Shown piece after piece: positions 14,434 through 18,000 of a stretch of 18,000 nucleotides of DNA (positions are counted from its first letter, which is position 1; each line of letters opens with the position of its first letter). The translations under genes and the position numbers were made by a program. Source of the DNA: Candidatus Heimdallarchaeota archaeon (GTDB taxonomy: Archaea; Asgardarchaeota; Heimdallarchaeia; Heimdallarchaeales; Heimdallarchaeaceae); the NCBI GenBank assembly GCA_016839945.1, contig JAEOTE010000011.1, positions 1-18,000 of the forward strand, in the 5' to 3' direction. A model generated the notes under the pieces. It was given only the letters and a program-made list of their open reading frames with translations. It was not told the DNA's origin and did not search any database.

Positions 14434-16152
14434 ATGAAAAGATTCTACAAAAAACTAATTTTCTTCTTAGTTTACTTAATAATTTTCAGTTCTATAATTC
14501 TGTTATCACAATTGTTCAATACTAGTTTTACAAAAATAAAAGTACAATCTGTTTCTTTTAGTCATTCAGAAATAGCTGTAAATGGGTATCTATACAATCC
14601 TTTAGATTTTGAAACCTCAAACAATTTACCAGCTGTAATTTTAGTACATGGAATAATGAATGCAAAGGAAACTATGACTGGATTAGCATTGGAGCTTGCT
14701 AGAAGTGGTATAGTTGCTATTACTATAGATGCTCTCGGGCATGGGAATTCAATTGAGAAATTAGAATACGATTCAGATCCTTCTCTAGGTGTTATAGCAA
14801 CAATAGATTTTCTAGAATCTTTATCTTATGTCAACTCAAGTAACATTGGACTTGTAGGTCATTCATTGGGAGTTGGAGCAATAAGAGCAGCTTCTTTGAT
14901 AAATGGGAACATCAAAGCGCACATCTTCATAGGAGGTTTATCATTGGGGGCAAATACATCTATCTATGGTAATTTGAACTCTGTTTCACCTAGCAACCTC
15001 CTAATAGCCATAGGTAAATATGACGAAATGTTTGATAGTGACGAGGTAAAGGAAGAACTTAAACCAGTATTTGGAACAACAGAATTAGTTCAAGAAAATA
15101 TATTGTATGGGAGTTTTTCAAACCTTACTGCACGGAAACTTATAATTCCAAAAACCACCCATCTTTTTGAACCAATTAATAGAAAATTAGTAAAAGAATC
15201 TGTAAATTGGATGATTGAAGCCTTAGATTTTGGAGACATTAAAAAAGGTGTTCTCTTTCCTCTGCGAGATCTTTTCATGACTATAGGATTTTTTGCGTTT
15301 GTAGGGATTGTGTTTTTTATTTCTGAAATAGCTTTTGATATTTCTTTCTTCAGAAAAATTACTATTCATGAAGAGAAAGTAGAATTAACCTTTAGTTTCT
15401 GGAAAATGGGATTGAGTTGGGGAGTTCTGCACTTAGTGCTATTTGTTCCTCCAATTCTATTGTTTGGGATGGGATCAGTAATAATTCCATTATCATTAGG
15501 TACAACCGCAATTGTATGGGTTTTGTCATTAGCTATTATTGGAGGGATATTTGCTTATTATAATGGAAAGAAAAAGCATCCAGATAAATCTTTTAAAGAA
15601 ATTATTAGAGGAATTGGAAGAAATTTTATTTATTGGAGAGGATTAATCCTTGCAGTTGATATTTTCTTGTTATTAGTCGTTTTTGACCTAATCGTCGAAT
15701 TGATTCCTGGAATAAGTATGAAGTTTATCGTACCTTTATTGAGTAATTTCAATTGGTTGAGAGCATTAATGTTTCTCATTCTTGTTCCATTTATGTTCGC
15801 ATATTTCACTATGGATGGATTAGTTTTAACAAGTATCTATGGTACAAGAAAGAAAAAAGAAGATACAAAAAATAAGTTGTTAGCTTCAGCTCAAGTCGTT
15901 GGGATTAAAATGTTACCTTTTGTTCTTGTCTTGCTAATTCAATATCTTACAATGGTAATTTTCAATTTCAAGATTTTAACTGATTTTATTGGATTTAGCA
16001 TGCAATTCCTAATAATGCTTCTACCATTATTTCTAATATATACGGTAATCACAATCTGGTTTTTTGAAAGAACATCTTCAGTAGAAACAGGAGCATTATT
16101 GAATGCTTTACTATTCGCTTGGACACTAGCTACTTTGTTACCTATAAGTTAG
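14434..16152 (+). CDS. Membrane-anchored alpha/beta hydrolase with a C-terminal multi-pass membrane domain
   Basis: N-terminal TM helix, PAVILVHG oxyanion motif, DALGHG.S, nucleophile GHSLG, candidate Asp (KYDE) and His (THLFE), about 8 C-terminal TM helices. Confidence 0.85.
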   Translation: MKRFYKKLIFFLVYLIIFSSIILLSQLFNTSFTKIKVQSVSFSHSEIAVNGYLYNPLDFETSNNLPAVILVHGIMNAKETMTGLALELARSGIVAITIDALGHGNSIEKLEYDSDPSLGVIATIDFLESLSYVNSSNIGLVGHSLGVGAIRAASLINGNIKAHIFIGGLSLGANTSIYGNLNSVSPSNLLIAIGKYDEMFDSDEVKEELKPVFGTTELVQENILYGSFSNLTARKLIIPKTTHLFEPINRKLVKESVNWMIEALDFGDIKKGVLFPLRDLFMTIGFFAFVGIVFFISEIAFDISFFRKITIHEEKVELTFSFWKMGLSWGVLHLVLFVPPILLFGMGSVIIPLSLGTTAIVWVLSLAIIGGIFAYYNGKKKHPDKSFKEIIRGIGRNFIYWRGLILAVDIFLLLVVFDLIVELIPGISMKFIVPLLSNFNWLRALMFLILVPFMFAYFTMDGLVLTSIYGTRKKKEDTKNKLLASAQVVGIKMLPFVLVLLIQYLTMVIFNFKILTDFIGFSMQFLIMLLPLFLIYTVITIWFFERTSSVETGALLNALLFAWTLATLLPIS

Positions 16153-16167
16153 ATAAGTATGGGAGTA

Positions 16168-16740
16168 TTATGACATTAATGATACATCTTTATGCCTAAA
16201 ACAAGAAGTAAGGTGATCATTCACCATTCCAACAGCTTGCATATATGCATAAATGATAGTACTCCCAACAAACTTCATTCCTCTCTTCTTCAAATCTTTA
16301 GAGATTTTGTCTGATACCTCAGTTTTTGCAGCAACATCTTTCCAGGTCTTAGGATTGTTGTTTATTGGTTTATTATCTACAAACGCCCAGAGATATTTAT
16401 CAAATGAGCCAAATTCCTTCCTTATCTCTAGGAATATTTTTGCATTAAGAATTGTTGATTCTATCTTTAGCCTATTTCTTATAATGCCTTCATCTTTGAT
16501 TAATTCATCAACTCGTTTTTGATCATACTGTGCAATTTTATTAAAGTCAAAGTTATCGAATGCTTTTCTGTAGCCTTCCCTTCTTTTTAGAATGGTCATC
16601 CAATTTAAGCCTGCTTGAGCTCCTTCAAGGATCAAAAACTCAAAAAGAATCTTATCATCATGAACAGGAACTCCCCATTCTTTATCATGATATTCTCTAG
16701 CTAATTCCTCTTTCTCTCCCCAACATCTCTTAATTTCCAT
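16168..16740 (-). CDS. tag: DNA-3-methyladenine glycosylase I
   Basis: RCWG...YHDKEWG, FEFLILEGAQAGLNW, IIRNRLKI, LKKRGMKFVG, QAVGMVNDHL..C (zinc ligands C/H/H/C). Confidence 0.96.
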   Translation of the reverse strand: MEIKRCWGEKEELAREYHDKEWGVPVHDDKILFEFLILEGAQAGLNWMTILKRREGYRKAFDNFDFNKIAQYDQKRVDELIKDEGIIRNRLKIESTILNAKIFLEIRKEFGSFDKYLWAFVDNKPINNNPKTWKDVAAKTEVSDKISKDLKKRGMKFVGSTIIYAYMQAVGMVNDHLTSCFRHKDVSLMS

Positions 16741-16794
16741 TCTAATCTATTTTACGAGCTCTCAAATAATAATAAACATTTTCTAGAATTCTTT

Positions 16795-17436
16795 TCATAA
16801 ACCAAATGAAGTATTTATCGCGATCAGGACAGCTGCGAAATGAGAGGAACCCCCTACAATGATTAATATATGAAAAATATCATGAAAACTAAAAATCCCA
16901 GGAATTATCTCTTTGTTTTTTATGTGCAAGATTGCCCCTATAGTAAAAGCCAATCCACCAATAAATATTAGAATAAGAACTACTACAGGCATCAACGTTA
17001 TGAATTCTTTAATTGGTAATATCGCCATCCAACCCATTAACAGATAGATTACTGTTTCTACCCATCTTGGTACATTCAGAACAAAAGGTTTGAAAATTAT
17101 ACCTAATACAACTAATGTCCATTGAGCAGCTATTATTCCCCAACGCCAAGCTCCTGTTAGAAATATATAGACTAATGGTGTATAGGTTCCAGCTATCATA
17201 AAAAAAATTGCAATATGATCAAGAATTCTCCAGAAGGAATACTCATTTTCTTTCTTCTTCAGAGCATGATAGAGTGTACTTGCAATAAAAAGGAATGTTA
17301 TTGAGAAACCATAAATAGCAGCAACTACTACATTAGATCCTTCTCTAATCGTTAAGAAAAGCAGATATATAGAACCAGCTAAGGCAGCAATTGAACCGAT
17401 GAGATGTGAATAAGAAGCAAATCGTTCTTCTTTAAG
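16795..17436 (-). CDS. Hemolysin III / PAQR family membrane protein, 213 open codons, lacking a canonical start codon (non-canonical start, recent pseudogene or sequence error)
   Basis: The frame extends 79 codons upstream of the track's ATG 17199 through EERFASYSHLIG, ASTLYHA and ILDHIAIFFMIAGTYTP; C-terminal FHDIFHILI...H. An in-frame TAG at 17437-17439 closes the frame. Confidence 0.85.
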   Translation of the reverse strand, partial: LKEERFASYSHLIGSIAALAGSIYLLFLTIREGSNVVVAAIYGFSITFLFIASTLYHALKKKENEYSFWRILDHIAIFFMIAGTYTPLVYIFLTGAWRWGIIAAQWTLVVLGIIFKPFVLNVPRWVETVIYLLMGWMAILPIKEFITLMPVVVLILIFIGGLAFTIGAILHIKNKEIIPGIFSFHDIFHILIIVGGSSHFAAVLIAINTSFGL

Positions 17437-17549
17437 CTATTGAAGCACCTACTTTTCTAATTCTACTGTTTTGCATAATTCACTTGTTCATAAATATTTC
17501 ATGGAAACAAGAAATCCATTTAACTCTACAACGCAAATTAGTTTATGTA

Positions 17550-17557
17550 TTTATATA
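17550..17557 (+). promoter_or_regulatory. TATA box for a probably leaderless transcript starting near ATG 17579
   Basis: TTTATATA begins 29 nt before the ATG; no SD present. Confidence 0.5.
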
Positions 17558-17578
17558 TCACCTTACGAATTTTTCTAC

Positions 17579-18000
17579 ATGAACAGTGAGATATCAAAAA
17601 ATGAAATGAAAGAACTGTTAAATTTCATGCAACGTATTAAAAACTTTGAGAGATTGAGTAACATCAAGATATGGGCTGTTGAGAGACTAACATGGGGATT
17701 GTTACTTATTGCAGGAGGGATTTTAGATTTTGTTATACTTCATTTTACACACGATATAATTGGTTGGATTACTACTCTACTATGGATTTTGATAATCGCT
17801 ATTGCATTATTATTATCTAATTTTCAAAGAAGAAACATCTTCATAACAACTAAGAAACAAGAAGTATCATTTTATCAGAAAACACAATATTTTTGGATAA
17901 CTATTGCAATTGCTTTAGTTTTTGTTTTTGGTTCTACTGATTTAAATCATCTAACATTCCCTGTAATTGCAGGTATGATAGGGAGCTTATTATTGATTGA
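17579..18000 (+). CDS. Hypothetical multi-pass membrane protein, runs off the window's right edge (MNSEISKNEMKELLNFMQRIK...)
   Basis: Manually translated: 140 open codons to the window edge with several hydrophobic helices (WGLLLIAGGILDFVIL, WITTLLWILIIAIALLL, FWITIAIALVFVF). Confidence 0.8.
   Translation, partial: MNSEISKNEMKELLNFMQRIKNFERLSNIKIWAVERLTWGLLLIAGGILDFVILHFTHDIIGWITTLLWILIIAIALLLSNFQRRNIFITTKKQEVSFYQKTQYFWITIAIALVFVFGSTDLNHLTFPVIAGMIGSLLLI

Noticed and set aside
11992-16152. Genome-wide TAG reassignment (pyrrolysine) to explain the hlyIII TAG
   Set aside because: ogt and the hydrolase end at TAG at plausible C-termini, no other gene has an internal TAG, and no pyl genes are in the window.
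1053-16522. Short ORFs overlapping real genes (1053, 1093, 2193, 2649, 3330, 4864, 6043, 6386, 7320, 9768, 10168, 11170, 11653, 15090, 16253)
   Set aside because: Antisense or alternate-frame shadows of confidently identified genes, with no motifs or initiation signals.
1-18000. CRISPR array, IS element, integrase/provirus, rRNA, intein or defence system
   Set aside because: No repeat-spacer periodicity, transposase or integrase motifs, terminal repeats or GC-rich RNA-gene block; both synthetases are of normal length.

Overview
An AT-rich (roughly 30% GC by eye), densely coding chromosomal window from an archaeon. Support for this: archaeal/eukaryal-type LeuRS, TATA boxes about 27-30 nt upstream of likely transcript starts, AGGTG/GGAG Shine-Dalgarno (SD) sites and U-tract terminators. 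The gene mix, including a bacterial-type ThrRS, would fit an Asgard/Heimdallarchaeia-like lineage, but that is inference only. Genes in order: partial hypothetical, M20 ArgE/DapE-like hydrolase, MFS transporter, thrS, stand-alone FakA-like DAK2 domain, leuS, DAO-family FAD oxidoreductase, Mrp/NBP35 ATPase, ogt, APH-like phosphotransferase, SH3-like + HExxH protease, membrane alpha/beta hydrolase, tag, hemolysin-III/PAQR protein with no canonical start codon, and a partial membrane protein. No rRNA, tRNA, CRISPR or mobile element was seen. The main signal is in the 5' leaders of both aminoacyl-tRNA synthetase genes. Each begins with GAGGA after a TATA box and has a helix enclosing a 9-codon uORF with the cognate amino acid at codon 7 (MLGEYETIK for thrS; MGYRVLLPK for leuS). 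Each also has a +1 frame that stays open to just past the synthetase start codon and avoids the cognate amino acid. The leuS leader also has a 10-bp helix that hides its SD. Together these suggest an amino-acid-sensing uORF/+1-frameshift translational-coupling switch, which is a hypothesis and is untested.
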